The notes: generated by a model not told the origin, from the sequence alone. A stretch of 64,000 nt of DNA from Roseibacillus sp. (GCA_965242925.1 CBDEUM010000012.1:1-64000), one strand, 5' to 3'. Counted from the first letter of the stretch, positions 55,201 to 64,000 are shown. Numbers and translations: made by a program.

Positions 55201-56723
55201 TTCGGACTCGCCACAAACCACTCCAGCACCGAAAGGTTGGTCTGGATCGCCGGGTCGTGACCGACAGTGCCGAAGTACTGGTGTGAATCGCCCGCATCGC
55301 GAAAAGCGGGCTCGCGCGTCTCGTTGCCCACCGCATCAAATGCAGAAAAGCGCCAACGCGTCATTTCACCGGGGACGATCTGGTTGGCCGGGATCACCGC
55401 GGTGTATATGTCATCGCCTGCCACCGCGTCCGCTCCGGTCCCGTTATCGAACATGAAGACCGAGGCTTCGCCGCTGAACATGCGGCGATAGTAGAGCCGG
55501 ACCGAGGTGATCGGACTGACCGAGCCGATCACTTTGGCCGTCACGGTCAAGGCGCCACTCACGGGCTGGGGCGGGTTCTCGGTCACCTCCCTGAAGATCG
55601 GCCCCGACTGCTGTCCGCCGGTATTCGGGGCGCCGGGGGTCGGGTTGTCGAAGTAAACCCATGCCGCCGAGGCCCCCGGGTCCGCGGTGGTCGAGACCGT
55701 CAGGGAGATCTCCGGTTTGCTCCCGGGATCAATGTCCCAATCCATGAACATGGGATTGGCGTCATTGAGAATCATCAACTGACCCCGCTGGGGAGCGCCG
55801 GGATTGTCGACCCAATCCTGCACCAGCGCAGCGATGTCCCAGGTTGCCACCGGGGTCTGTCCCGGCGCAGCGGTGAAGGCCGCCGCCGGTGCGTTTGCCG
55901 CGTAGTAATCCACCAGGTCGCTTCCCGAGTAGGCTGCTGCGATGCTGTCAACTCCGTGATTGGCGTCGGGAACTGCGAAGACTCCGAGATTTGCGGAGAC
56001 CGCGGGTGAGCCAAAGACAGAGTTCGCCACCGCCCCACCCCAGGACAAGGTCGCAGAGTCCACCACACTTCCACCTGGGATCGTGCTGAGGTTGCTGGAA
56101 AAATCGAACCACATGTAAAGCTGCGTTCCCACTGCCCCGCTCCCAAGATCGAAGCTGTCCGCATTCGACGTCTCGCTCGCCGACTGAGTTCCGGTCAGCG
56201 CGACATTCGCGTAGTTTCCCGGCGAGCTCCAAAACGGGGTGAGGTCGAGATTCGAGGACGAACCCGGCACGCCGAACCCGAATGACTGGTCATCGAATTG
56301 CGGTGGATAGACCGGGCCAAACGCGCTCACGATGGTCGTTCCGTCGGGGGCCACCAGGCCGAGGAACTCGCCGCCGGAGCTCAGCCGGAAACTGGTATGG
56401 AGTTGCGAGGCTGGATCGACACGGTCCTTGTTGGAGGCAAAGACCACAAGATACTGGTCCGCGTTCAGGGTGATGGCAGGGAAGGTCCACTTGGTAAGAT
56501 TGGCGGCGTTGTCGGTCAGATGATACCCGTCAAGTTGCACTGGAGCGGGGCCTGGATTATGAATCTCGATCCAGTCCGAAAAGTCACCATCCTCATCCTG
56601 GTAGGAGGTGTCGTTCACCGACATGAATTCGGAAATCAGGGGAGCGGCGCTCAGCAGGGACGCGAAACAGAGCAAGGCCAGGATGCCCGCATGTCGCAGG
56701 CGCAAATTACTTTGGATGATCAC
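52254..56723 (-). CDS. Secreted lamin-tail-domain / CotH kinase protein
   Basis: ISEFM..N...DEDGDFSDWIEI LTD; KKSY.I.F, D..SKNWYIY, PWDLDLS CotH motifs; further LTDs; C-terminal SNDLQSW...FFSRLRV. Confidence 0.85.
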   Translation of the reverse strand: MIIQSNLRLRHAGILALLCFASLLSAAPLISEFMSVNDTSYQDEDGDFSDWIEIHNPGPAPVQLDGYHLTDNAANLTKWTFPAITLNADQYLVVFASNKDRVDPASQLHTSFRLSSGGEFLGLVAPDGTTIVSAFGPVYPPQFDDQSFGFGVPGSSSNLDLTPFWSSPGNYANVALTGTQSASETSNADSFDLGSGAVGTQLYMWFDFSSNLSTIPGGSVVDSATLSWGGAVANSVFGSPAVSANLGVFAVPDANHGVDSIAAAYSGSDLVDYYAANAPAAAFTAAPGQTPVATWDIAALVQDWVDNPGAPQRGQLMILNDANPMFMDWDIDPGSKPEISLTVSTTADPGASAAWVYFDNPTPGAPNTGGQQSGPIFREVTENPPQPVSGALTVTAKVIGSVSPITSVRLYYRRMFSGEASVFMFDNGTGADAVAGDDIYTAVIPANQIVPGEMTRWRFSAFDAVGNETREPAFRDAGDSHQYFGTVGHDPAIQTNLSVLEWFVASPNSANNTNGTIGALYYLGQFYDNVHFSRHGQSTGGFVKKSYNIDFNKTQRFQWSLDPDIPRVADIDLLTNWADKSKVRHPIAYEIMRESGVPAHFSFTVRVEQNGAFFSVADFVEDGDDIYLERAGLNRDGALYKAYSNRLTGSANSGFEKKNRKFENNSDLQALIDNLTLSGTARINYLYDNIDIPKCVNLLAANSVIRNIDMHSKNWYIYRDTGKTNEWALLPWDLDLSGGRVWNSQNTYFDNNLYSHGLVVTGSSIRLVSHMFGNSALRSMILRRMRTLSDRYLQEPGTPLAERWYERRLDEQSALIDPPSIVPSDAQRDFVKWGSWLQGSGSPVSHTNTNPAVESMAEAVLRWKNEYLPARRNEIYNNQTVGNGGEIPLPQTGAASFQLTPLIEAPAPSHAFVPSDNSLGLTWIGLAAFEPFDTSGWIAGTTGIGYERTSGYQSLIGTDVNTQMRSNNSIYIRIPFNVADPSAFDSLELRMQWDDGFVAFINGTVVQSENAPGAVTWNSAALNASHEANAGSFDIYNITQHLGALKAGQNILAIHGLNQGTGSSDMIIRPELYGGTQLVGPPGEPIINFGALEFAPPSGNQDEEYIELTNPNDIAVDISDWKLDGGIEFTFQGGTVIPAGSSLYVSPDVTAFRARTQSPKGGEGLFVQGAYEGHLSSFGETVTLSDSAGNEISATTYVGNPSDAQLYLRITEIMYHPLGSELTEFIELINISDSITLDLTNVRFTGGIQFDFSGSAVTSLPPGARVLVVRNLAAFEGVHGIGLPVAGVFANMSALNNGGDTVKLEDALNGTIAEFRYNDLAPWPEEADGLGNSIVLIAPETSPDPDDPASWRASLLPDGNPNDTDALPLPVNPLGDADGNGITDLLDYAFGNGLGAGPLQATFTMQDYDIEGQMLSLPTLIYPVSIAADGATIEIDYSNDLQSWQAAGAEAVVVSVVNLGDGRVLMTVRLNPAGSLGERFFSRLRVQAR

Positions 56724-56790
56724 GAGAGTTGGGGGTCGCGAGTGCGGCTGATGGAACCAGCGGAACCGAAACTATAGGAGCGCATGGATA

Positions 56791-57031
56791 GATGGCAACG
56801 TCCACTGCCACCGCCTGCGGATCGACCTCCTCGCTGCTGGCCTCTTTTCTCAGCTGCTCCAGTTCCCACGGGCCCGTATTTCCAACTCGATCTGCTCCTC
56901 CACACTCAGCACTGCGGCAGCATGACGCTCCGTCTCCCCGGAGGCAAGAATCCGCACAGGAATCGCTCGCCAGCACGCTCTCCAGTTGAGATTCTGCCAG
57001 CATGAAGCCCGCCTTCCTGTTTGCCAGTGCC
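56791..57031. repeat. Direct repeat B, copy 2 (truncated traR/dksA 5' fragment, promoter, intact C25 start)
   Basis: Minus strand encodes VLSVEEQIELEIRAR/ELEQLRKEASSEEVDPQAVAVDVAI and then diverges. Confidence 0.9.
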
Positions 57032-58465
57032 ACCCTTACGGCTACCGGCATCAGCCTGGCTCATCCCGAACACGAGTTCATGGCGGGACTCTCCGCCCCC
57101 TCCCCCGCCACCGTCCTCCTCATCACCTCGCCGGAACTGGCGGAAGCCTGGAAACCCTTCGCGGCCTGGAAGAAACAGCTCGGGAAACCGGTGCGCATTT
57201 TGACCACCGGGCAGATTGCCGACCGCTACGAAGCGCCCGACCTGCAGGAAAAAATCCGGCGCTGCGTGCGCAACCATACTGATCACCTTGGAACACGCTG
57301 GATCATCCTCGGGGGTGACAGCGAAAAGGATGGCAGGGGGGTAGTGCCCGATCGCGATACCGTCCACCAGACGAAGTTCGGCGACTACGATGACATCCCC
57401 ACGGATATCTACTATCTCGGCAAAAAGGACTGGGATGCCGATAACGACGGCATCTACGGAGAGTGGGAAGACGATCGCGAGTCCATTGATTATCCCGACG
57501 GGAATGTCGGACTGGGGCGGATTCCGGTACGCACCGCAGCGGATGTCAAGGCCTACACCGAGAAGGTCATCGCCTACGAGTCAAAGTATCCCGAGTCGAG
57601 ATTCGCCACCTCCATGACTTATACCTGCTCCCTTCCCTCGGAATTCCCGAAGTTGAAGATGAGTTGGGACAACCATCTTTCCAAGATCCTGAAGGGAGGT
57701 TCCGCCCAACATTTCTTCTCCGGCACGAAGGATGGAAAACCGCTGACCCCGACCAACTGGGTGCAACTCCTCAACGGGAGGAAGAGCGGCAAACTGCACA
57801 TGCACGGCCTCGGTTTGCACCACGGCTGGATCCTGGAAGACGATGAGATTGTCGCCGCCGATCAAATCGCCCAACTCAGGAATGAGAATGCCTATCCGGT
57901 CATCACGACGGTCTCCTGCTTTACCGGGGAGTTCGACCGCGGAAAAGACCCATGCATTGCGGAGGCCATGATCCGCCGACCGAAAGCCGGAGCGGTTGCG
58001 GTGGTCGCTCCGGTGCGGGAGGGCAAACCAGACGCAACGTCCCGCACCATGACACAGTTCTGGGAGCAGGGACTGAGCCAGAACGTCAGCGCCGGGGCCG
58101 CCATGATGCTGGTCAAGGCCGGCCTGGCGGCAGGGGCAAGAGAATCGGCATTCCTCCACCTCTGCGCCTGCGAAGTGAACCTTCTGGGCGATCCCACCCT
58201 CAGTCTTCGAGGGACCGCTCCCAGAACCCCCAAGGTGGCAGGACCCGGGGAATTACCCGCCGGCAACCTCAGCCTGATCATCGAATCGGACGCACCTCAC
58301 TCGATGGTTGCCCTGCAGGACAGCTTCGGTCTCTACGCGGTACAGGTCTCCGACGAATCGGGTAATGTGACCTTTCCTCTCAACGTGGTGAAGGACAGCA
58401 CCATCACCATCACGGTTTCGGGACCGCAATACAACGCGGTGACATTGAAAATCCCGGTCAGGTAG
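57002..58465 (+). CDS. Peptidase C25 (gingipain-like) family protein
   Basis: WKKQLG, ILGGD, IPTDIYY, DWDADNDGIYGE, LGRIP, TVSCFTGEFD, GAVA, NLLGDP. Confidence 0.85.
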   Translation: MKPAFLFASATLTATGISLAHPEHEFMAGLSAPSPATVLLITSPELAEAWKPFAAWKKQLGKPVRILTTGQIADRYEAPDLQEKIRRCVRNHTDHLGTRWIILGGDSEKDGRGVVPDRDTVHQTKFGDYDDIPTDIYYLGKKDWDADNDGIYGEWEDDRESIDYPDGNVGLGRIPVRTAADVKAYTEKVIAYESKYPESRFATSMTYTCSLPSEFPKLKMSWDNHLSKILKGGSAQHFFSGTKDGKPLTPTNWVQLLNGRKSGKLHMHGLGLHHGWILEDDEIVAADQIAQLRNENAYPVITTVSCFTGEFDRGKDPCIAEAMIRRPKAGAVAVVAPVREGKPDATSRTMTQFWEQGLSQNVSAGAAMMLVKAGLAAGARESAFLHLCACEVNLLGDPTLSLRGTAPRTPKVAGPGELPAGNLSLIIESDAPHSMVALQDSFGLYAVQVSDESGNVTFPLNVVKDSTITITVSGPQYNAVTLKIPVR

Positions 58466-58470
58466 CACCG

Positions 58471-58554
58471 GTGCTGATGGGCATGGTGCTCACCGCCATC
58501 GCGATCAATATGATTCTGACCGACATCTGGCATTTCTGCGGGCTCGGAACTGAC
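58471..58554 (+). pseudogene. MarC-family C-terminal remnant
   Basis: VLMGMVLTAIAINMILTDIWHFLRARN* resembles the last MarC helix; no upstream part. Confidence 0.45.
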
Positions 58555-58748
58555 CTCTCATGAAACATGCACCCGTCGACGGATCCTTCCCATGAGGAGT
58601 AATGGTTCACTTTTTCAGAACGGTCCGACAGGCCGGCGATTTCGCGTTGTCGTTTCTTCTTTTGGCTTTAGCACAAACCGGGAAAATCAGCTTGTCTAAT
58701 CGAGCCCGCACGAGGAATCTCCACCTCACCCTTTTCCACGCATCGGCC

Positions 58749-59456
58749 ATGAAGATCACCCGTTTCCTGGCCCTGCTTATTTCACTCACTACTGCGTTTT
58801 CTGCTCCCGCCGCGCCTCCTCTTGAGGCTCTCACCTTTGCCCTCGATTCCACACGCACCTTCCTGCCCCTCATTGAAGCGTCGCAACAACTGGGATGGCC
58901 ACCTCGCAGGGATGAAGAGAAAGGCACTGTCATCCTGAACGGCAAGACCCTCTCGACCAGCACGATGCGCACCTTGACCGACGGCACCATGCTCATCAGC
59001 CTGGAGACCCTTGCCACGGCTGGTGCCACCGTGACCCCGCAGGAGGACGACTCCACATTCAAGGTGTCCTTCTCCGGTCGCCACTTCCGGGTGATCCGGG
59101 CCGACAAGCGCGCGGAAATCAACCTCAAGGAGCAGCTCCTGCGGGCCTGGGAAGGAAAACGTCTTGTTCTCGAAACCAACATCAGTTCAGGGAGAGGCGG
59201 CTCTACCCCAAGCGGCGAGTTCAAGGCCGGCCCCTACAAGGCCCGGAGGCATTACTCCAGCCGCTACAACAATGCCTACATGCCCTACAGCGTGCAGGTC
59301 ACCGGACACATCTTCATCCACGGATTCAAGCATGTGCCGAAGTATCCCGCCTCCCACGGCTGCATCCGCCTCCCCTACCTTACCGACGAAAACCCGGCCC
59401 GCTTCTTCTACGAGTGGATCGACAAGGGCACCCCCATCACGATAATCAAAAAGTAA
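58749..59456 (+). CDS. L,D-transpeptidase (YkuD) family protein
   Basis: Signal peptide; ISSG...TPSGEF, MPYS, FIHG, ASHGCIRL. Confidence 0.9.
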   Translation: MKITRFLALLISLTTAFSAPAAPPLEALTFALDSTRTFLPLIEASQQLGWPPRRDEEKGTVILNGKTLSTSTMRTLTDGTMLISLETLATAGATVTPQEDDSTFKVSFSGRHFRVIRADKRAEINLKEQLLRAWEGKRLVLETNISSGRGGSTPSGEFKAGPYKARRHYSSRYNNAYMPYSVQVTGHIFIHGFKHVPKYPASHGCIRLPYLTDENPARFFYEWIDKGTPITIIKK

Positions 59457-59526
59457 CTTAACTTCTCAGCAGCCACCTGACCGGGAACTGCCCCCTTCCT
59501 TCACTCCATCCAGCACTGATTCCATC

Positions 59527-60387
59527 ATGTCACGTCTCCTCACCGGACTGGTCAGCCTGTCCATCCTCACGAGCGCATTCGCCGACGAGTCCCTCCTCAG
59601 GTCCGCCCTCACCATCTACTCTTCCTTTGACAAGGGGGTGGACGCCGACTTTGCCAAGGGTGACCCCAAACTCTACACCTGGGTGGACCGCGGAAAAAAA
59701 ATCTCGAGGGCCGGACTACATACCGGAGACAAGAGTGGCCTCGCCAGGGGAAAAGGGAAATTCGGAGGCGCCATCTCGTTCATGGCCGGCGATGCTCCCT
59801 GGATCTACTACACCGCCGACAAGAATCTCGCCTACAATACAAGCAACTGGGGCGGCACGTCCTCCTTCTGGCTCAAGTGTGACCCGGTTGACGGCCTGGC
59901 CAAGGGCTACTGCGACCCCATCCAGTTCACCCCGCGGGCCTGGAATGACGCCTCCTTCTTCGTGGACTTCAACAAGGAGGGAAAGCCCCGAGACTTTCGC
60001 CTCGGGTGCTTTGCAGACAAGGCGGTCTGGAACCCCGGGGGCGGCGAAGTGCCCGAAACAAAGCGCCCGCTCCTCACTTCCAGGAATCCGGGATTTGCAC
60101 CCGACAGGTGGGTTCACGTCCTTTTCACCTGGGAAGGTTTTAACACCGGCAGGAAGGACGCCATTGCCAGGCTCTATCTCGACGGAACACTCAACGGAAC
60201 GCTCAAGGGGTGGAACCAGCAGTTCACCTGGAAGGCGGACGAGACCGCTCGTCTCCTCCTTGGCCTCCACTACATCGGACTGATGGATGATTTCGCCTGC
60301 TTCAACCGTGCGCTCACCGCGGAGGAAGCAAAGAAGGTCCACCGCATGAAGGGCGGCCTGGGCTCCCTTCTCAGGAAAAATCCCTGA
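59527..60387 (+). CDS. LamG/concanavalin A-like domain secreted protein
   Basis: GKFGGA, SFWL, WVHVLFTW, LYLDG, MDDFACFNRALT. Confidence 0.8.
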   Translation: MSRLLTGLVSLSILTSAFADESLLRSALTIYSSFDKGVDADFAKGDPKLYTWVDRGKKISRAGLHTGDKSGLARGKGKFGGAISFMAGDAPWIYYTADKNLAYNTSNWGGTSSFWLKCDPVDGLAKGYCDPIQFTPRAWNDASFFVDFNKEGKPRDFRLGCFADKAVWNPGGGEVPETKRPLLTSRNPGFAPDRWVHVLFTWEGFNTGRKDAIARLYLDGTLNGTLKGWNQQFTWKADETARLLLGLHYIGLMDDFACFNRALTAEEAKKVHRMKGGLGSLLRKNP

Positions 60388-60431
60388 GCACCTGCGACAA
60401 CCTTCCCGGAATCTCCCTTCCCTCCGATTCC

Positions 60432-61556
60432 TCATCGCGGGACCAATCCCGCCTCGACGAACGGCCACATCAGTTTCGGGTAGAAGCGATGCCCTCCCTG
60501 CCCCCAGCGCAGAGCGAAATGGTCAGGCACCCCGGTGGCGCTGAAGATCTTCTTCACGAGCGCTGCCACGGCCTCAACGTCGGATTTCCGGTGAAGCCCA
60601 TCCTGCACGCCGTGTACCAGAAGAAGATGACGCGGGGCCACCAGTCCCCCGATTTCCGGCCAGTCACCCCAGTTGCGCAGACCCGGGACCATGCAGCAAT
60701 CGCAATGGAAGATGAAACCCTCCGAACTCGTCATGGAGGTGAAGGAGCAACTCGGGATGGCCACCCGGATACGCTGGTCGATGGCTGCAGTATAGGCGGT
60801 AAGCACTCCACCTCCGGAATTTCCACTCATCACGATGCGCTCCTTGTCTACGGATGGATGCGCCACCACCCAGTCCAGCAGGCATTGCATGTCCCAGACC
60901 CTCTCGGCAATGGGAGTTCGTCCCGCGACAAGACAATGCATGAACTGGGCCCGGCAGGGCCGATTGCCGTGACGCCCCTTCGGATCGGGCACCAGCACCT
61001 CCTCAGCCAGACCGCGGGTCGCGGGTGCGAGGGCCACGAAACCACGCCGTACCGCCTGCTCCGCGATGTTCCCTCCCCGGCCCAGAATCTGCTCCCGGTG
61101 AGCCTTGTTCCGGTACACTCCGGCATAGGAATGCAGGCCGTTCAGGTCATGCCCATGCGGACAGAGAAAGAGCGGGAAACGCACATTCCTGTCCGCCGCC
61201 CTGGGGACAAGCAGGTAGAAGGGGATTGAGATCCCGGGTTCGGTTTCAATCGTGCACAGACTGCGATAATGGGATTCTTCAATCTCCACTGCCTGTCCCT
61301 CGATCACCTTGGGCCGGAAGGAGGACAACTCCCGGCGCATGCGTTCCAGTCCCGTCACCCTCACAAGGGCGGCACGAGCCTCAACCTGCCAATTGGTGAC
61401 ATCCTCACCTCCCTTGAAGGCATGACGTTGTTCCCCCTGCTGGACCCGTTTCAGGTAATCCCGCGTCTTTTCCGAATAGTCGACGAAGGATTTGCTCTCC
61501 TCCCCGCTCGCCGCAAGACCTCCGACCAGCACGCCCACCCACAGAAATACTCTCAC
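60432..61556 (-). CDS. Alpha/beta hydrolase (dienelactone hydrolase / acetyl esterase-like)
   Basis: LCPHGH, GNSGGG nucleophile, APR.LL..G..D, GGHRF. Confidence 0.85.
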   Translation of the reverse strand: MRVFLWVGVLVGGLAASGEESKSFVDYSEKTRDYLKRVQQGEQRHAFKGGEDVTNWQVEARAALVRVTGLERMRRELSSFRPKVIEGQAVEIEESHYRSLCTIETEPGISIPFYLLVPRAADRNVRFPLFLCPHGHDLNGLHSYAGVYRNKAHREQILGRGGNIAEQAVRRGFVALAPATRGLAEEVLVPDPKGRHGNRPCRAQFMHCLVAGRTPIAERVWDMQCLLDWVVAHPSVDKERIVMSGNSGGGVLTAYTAAIDQRIRVAIPSCSFTSMTSSEGFIFHCDCCMVPGLRNWGDWPEIGGLVAPRHLLLVHGVQDGLHRKSDVEAVAALVKKIFSATGVPDHFALRWGQGGHRFYPKLMWPFVEAGLVPR

Positions 61557-61597
61557 CCCTGCACTGCACCAAAGCAGCCGCTCTCTAGCAAGGGCAA

Positions 61598-62572
61598 CTA
61601 TTCCCCTGTCTTCCTGTCCTCCTGATCCTTGCTCCCCCCCGCCAGGTAGAGCTCTTGTATCCAGGCAATGGCTGCCGGCTGTATGATCTCGTGTCCTCCT
61701 TCAAAGATCGTCACCGTGGCGGTCGCTGACGAACGGCGGAAGATGGGTTGCTTCCCTCCGAAGGTCGGATCAGGGGCCGCCCTGGTGAGCGCATCAGGTA
61801 ACCGGGACTCCTTGGTCATGAACGCGATCTCCTTCAATCCAATCCGGTCCTTCTCTTCAGCCACTTCATTGAAGGCCAGCAACGAGTGGCTGATGGGCAC
61901 GCTCCCGTTGTGCCCATCAGTGATGCCCGTCGCAATATGCAGGCGCACTTTGCCCTTTGCGTTCCTGAGATAACTCACCGGCGAGCGCTTGCGATACTCC
62001 CCGTCCACCACCGGACTGTCCCCCGGTTTGCCACCGCAGGATTTCACGATATCGTCCGCATAACGCCGCCCACCCCTGATATTGTCGTGATACCAGGCTT
62101 TCAGATCAGAGATCGAGGCCCAGGCCGATATTCCGGCAAAGAGTTCCGGGTGCTTCCCGGCCATGACAAGACAATGATATCCTCCTCCCGAAGTCCCTAC
62201 CAGGAAGACCGCCTTGGCGTCAATCCGGGTGGTCTTCCTGGCATGAGCCACCGCGCTGACGATATCCCCGATCACCAGTTCCGAACCCGTGGCCTCGGGC
62301 CTCCTGGCCGGACCCCGGAAGTCGGGATGGATGTAGGCCCAGCCCTTCTTCATGCACCACTCACGAATGGGCTTGTGGTGCTGCTGCCGGTAACCCCCCG
62401 ACCAGGTGTGCAGGGCAACCACCAGCGGGACGGGTTTATCCGGCTTCGGATCATGGAACATGGCCCGCTGCCTGGTGTTGTCCGCGCCACTGAGATACTC
62501 GATATCCTGCAAGTCCACCGCGACGGCCGAACTGGACACCGCCAGCATGAACGCGGCGAAGACTGGTTGCAT
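61598..62572 (-). CDS. Prolyl oligopeptidase (S9)-like alpha/beta hydrolase, secreted
   Basis: VALHTWS, GTSGGG, RSP, G..DG...SVP, FEGGHE. Confidence 0.82.
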   Translation of the reverse strand: MQPVFAAFMLAVSSSAVAVDLQDIEYLSGADNTRQRAMFHDPKPDKPVPLVVALHTWSGGYRQQHHKPIREWCMKKGWAYIHPDFRGPARRPEATGSELVIGDIVSAVAHARKTTRIDAKAVFLVGTSGGGYHCLVMAGKHPELFAGISAWASISDLKAWYHDNIRGGRRYADDIVKSCGGKPGDSPVVDGEYRKRSPVSYLRNAKGKVRLHIATGITDGHNGSVPISHSLLAFNEVAEEKDRIGLKEIAFMTKESRLPDALTRAAPDPTFGGKQPIFRRSSATATVTIFEGGHEIIQPAAIAWIQELYLAGGSKDQEDRKTGE

Positions 62573-62580
62573 TCCCCTAT

Positions 62581-63985
62581 TCATTGCCCAAACCAACCCT
62601 TCCGGGTTCCTCCGTGCATGTGGAGTTTTCCGTCGGTACTCGCAATCATGAGTGCCACCATGGCGTTCCCAATCGGTTCCAGTCCGAGATACTGGTCCCC
62701 ACCGATATTACGTTTGCCTCCGAAATAACCCACCGAGCCGGCGGCATTCCGGCTGAGTTCGAGAAAAGGCCTCCATTTGCGCATGATCTCCGCGTGTCCT
62801 TCCGGGTGTGCGCTCCTGAGGCCCGCAAATCCATAGATCACGCCGATCGACGACATGGCATGGGCATGCCTCATCCGGCCGTGATGCATAACGAGGGCAT
62901 CCGCGAGACGACGGGCCAGTTTGGGTTCCTTGCCTGCCACCATGAGCGCGGACGCCATCGCACCGGTGCGGGCGGAAATATCGGGACTGCGCGGAGCCCG
63001 CGAGGAATAGCCCAGTGCTCCCGTCTTCTCGTCCAGCGACCCCTGCACTTCCTGGAAGGATTGATTCCACACCACCTGATCCACCTCGTATCCGCATTTC
63101 CCGGCCAGCGCCCAGGCCAGGTGGGCCTGCACATTGATGATGACCAGGCCACCTCCATTATAGGGAATGTCAAAATGATGCCCCATCCTGCCCTTGGTGG
63201 TTACCCGCGCGGCAAGGAGATCGCAGTTTGTCTTCAGTGCCTTGGCGAAAGACCTGTCACCGGTCGCCAGTTGATACTCGGCAAGGAGAATAGCGGTGCT
63301 GGCCGCCTGCCAGTTCTTGGGACCTGTGCGCGGATTCTTCAAATCAGCGGAGGCAGTGCTCTTCTGGTTGATGAACCCGATCGCGGCCTTGATAGCCGGG
63401 AAGGTATTTCCTGTCATCCGCCGCCAGCAGTGAGAGTGCACAGAAAGCGGACATGTAGACGTCAGCGTCACCTCCCACCCCCGGTTGCCAGCGCCCGTTC
63501 TCCTGCTGCGTGGCATGCAGATGATCGGCAATGCCGGCAAGCAGGCCCGCGCTTTTGAGCCCCGCCCTGGTCAGGCTCACTCCCAGCGAAACCAGTTCCT
63601 TCCCGCGGCGAACCTGCAGGGACAATGCAGGGGGGGCAGCTGCACAGGCCGCAACAAGTGCCAGGGCAAGGTCCGTCTGCGGCCCCTCCAACCCCGTCTC
63701 GGTGCTCTTGGAGAACGGCTTCGACCTGCGTCCCCCGGCTGAGACGATGCGGTCACCACCCAGCAGTCCGGCTTTCTCCCCGGGACCATCCTTGCCCACC
63801 TCCATGATGAAAATCTCGCGCTCTCCATCGGAAAGGCGCCCCGTCGCCGAGAGCACCCCCAACGGAAAATCGTGATGTTCCCCTCTCTTGCTGTTCTGCA
63901 GCTTGGGATGGTAGCGCGGGAAATTCGAATCTGCGGCGTGGGAAGACAGGGACGCAAACAGAAGTAGAACCAGCGGATATCTCAT
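62581..63985 (-). CDS. DUF6288-like protein (PDZ + alpha-helical barrel), frameshift ~63400
   Basis: Signal peptide, PDZ-like GPGEKAGL..GD.I, then NW......LAEY..TGD; two frames join at KYLP/AIKAA. Confidence 0.65.
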
Positions 63986-64000
63986 GGAGTGCATTGATCC

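Noticed and set aside
1..64000. CRISPR array, prophage, integron or diversity-generating retroelement
   Set aside because: No regularly spaced repeats, cas, phage, integrase or reverse transcriptase genes were seen; differences between repeat copies are not adenine-specific.

Overview
GC-rich bacterial chromosome window, most consistent with Verrucomicrobiota/PVC (inference from PEP-CTERM proteins, DUF1549/DUF1553 and DUF1501 modules, lamin-tail/CotH giants). Housekeeping genes (queF-queC-queE-rmuC, tRNA-Tyr, fbaA, acnA, rapA) alternate with exported/surface proteins. Many genes carry frameshifts, and 3.6-5.6 kb looks like a garbled duplicated read, so the assembly is probably uncorrected long-read data. 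Best signal: an ~1000-aa lipoprotein (FG-GAP/CRTAC1 propeller + ASPIC/UnbV + CxxC thioredoxin fold, 49198-52248) is interrupted by one in-frame TGA. Eleven nt later comes a GCGCAC-GGTC-GTGCGC hairpin that mirrors the E. coli fdhF SECIS, making it a candidate selenoprotein. It lies in an ~8.8 kb module bounded by diverged 241-bp direct repeats of a bidirectional promoter plus gene starts. A second such duplication (100 bp, queF promoter and N-terminus) brackets a HEPN-like gene and a TolB-like gene. Five exported proteins share an uncharacterised 'S.DL..W...FFR' domain, C-terminal in three. All family assignments are by eye; no searches were run.
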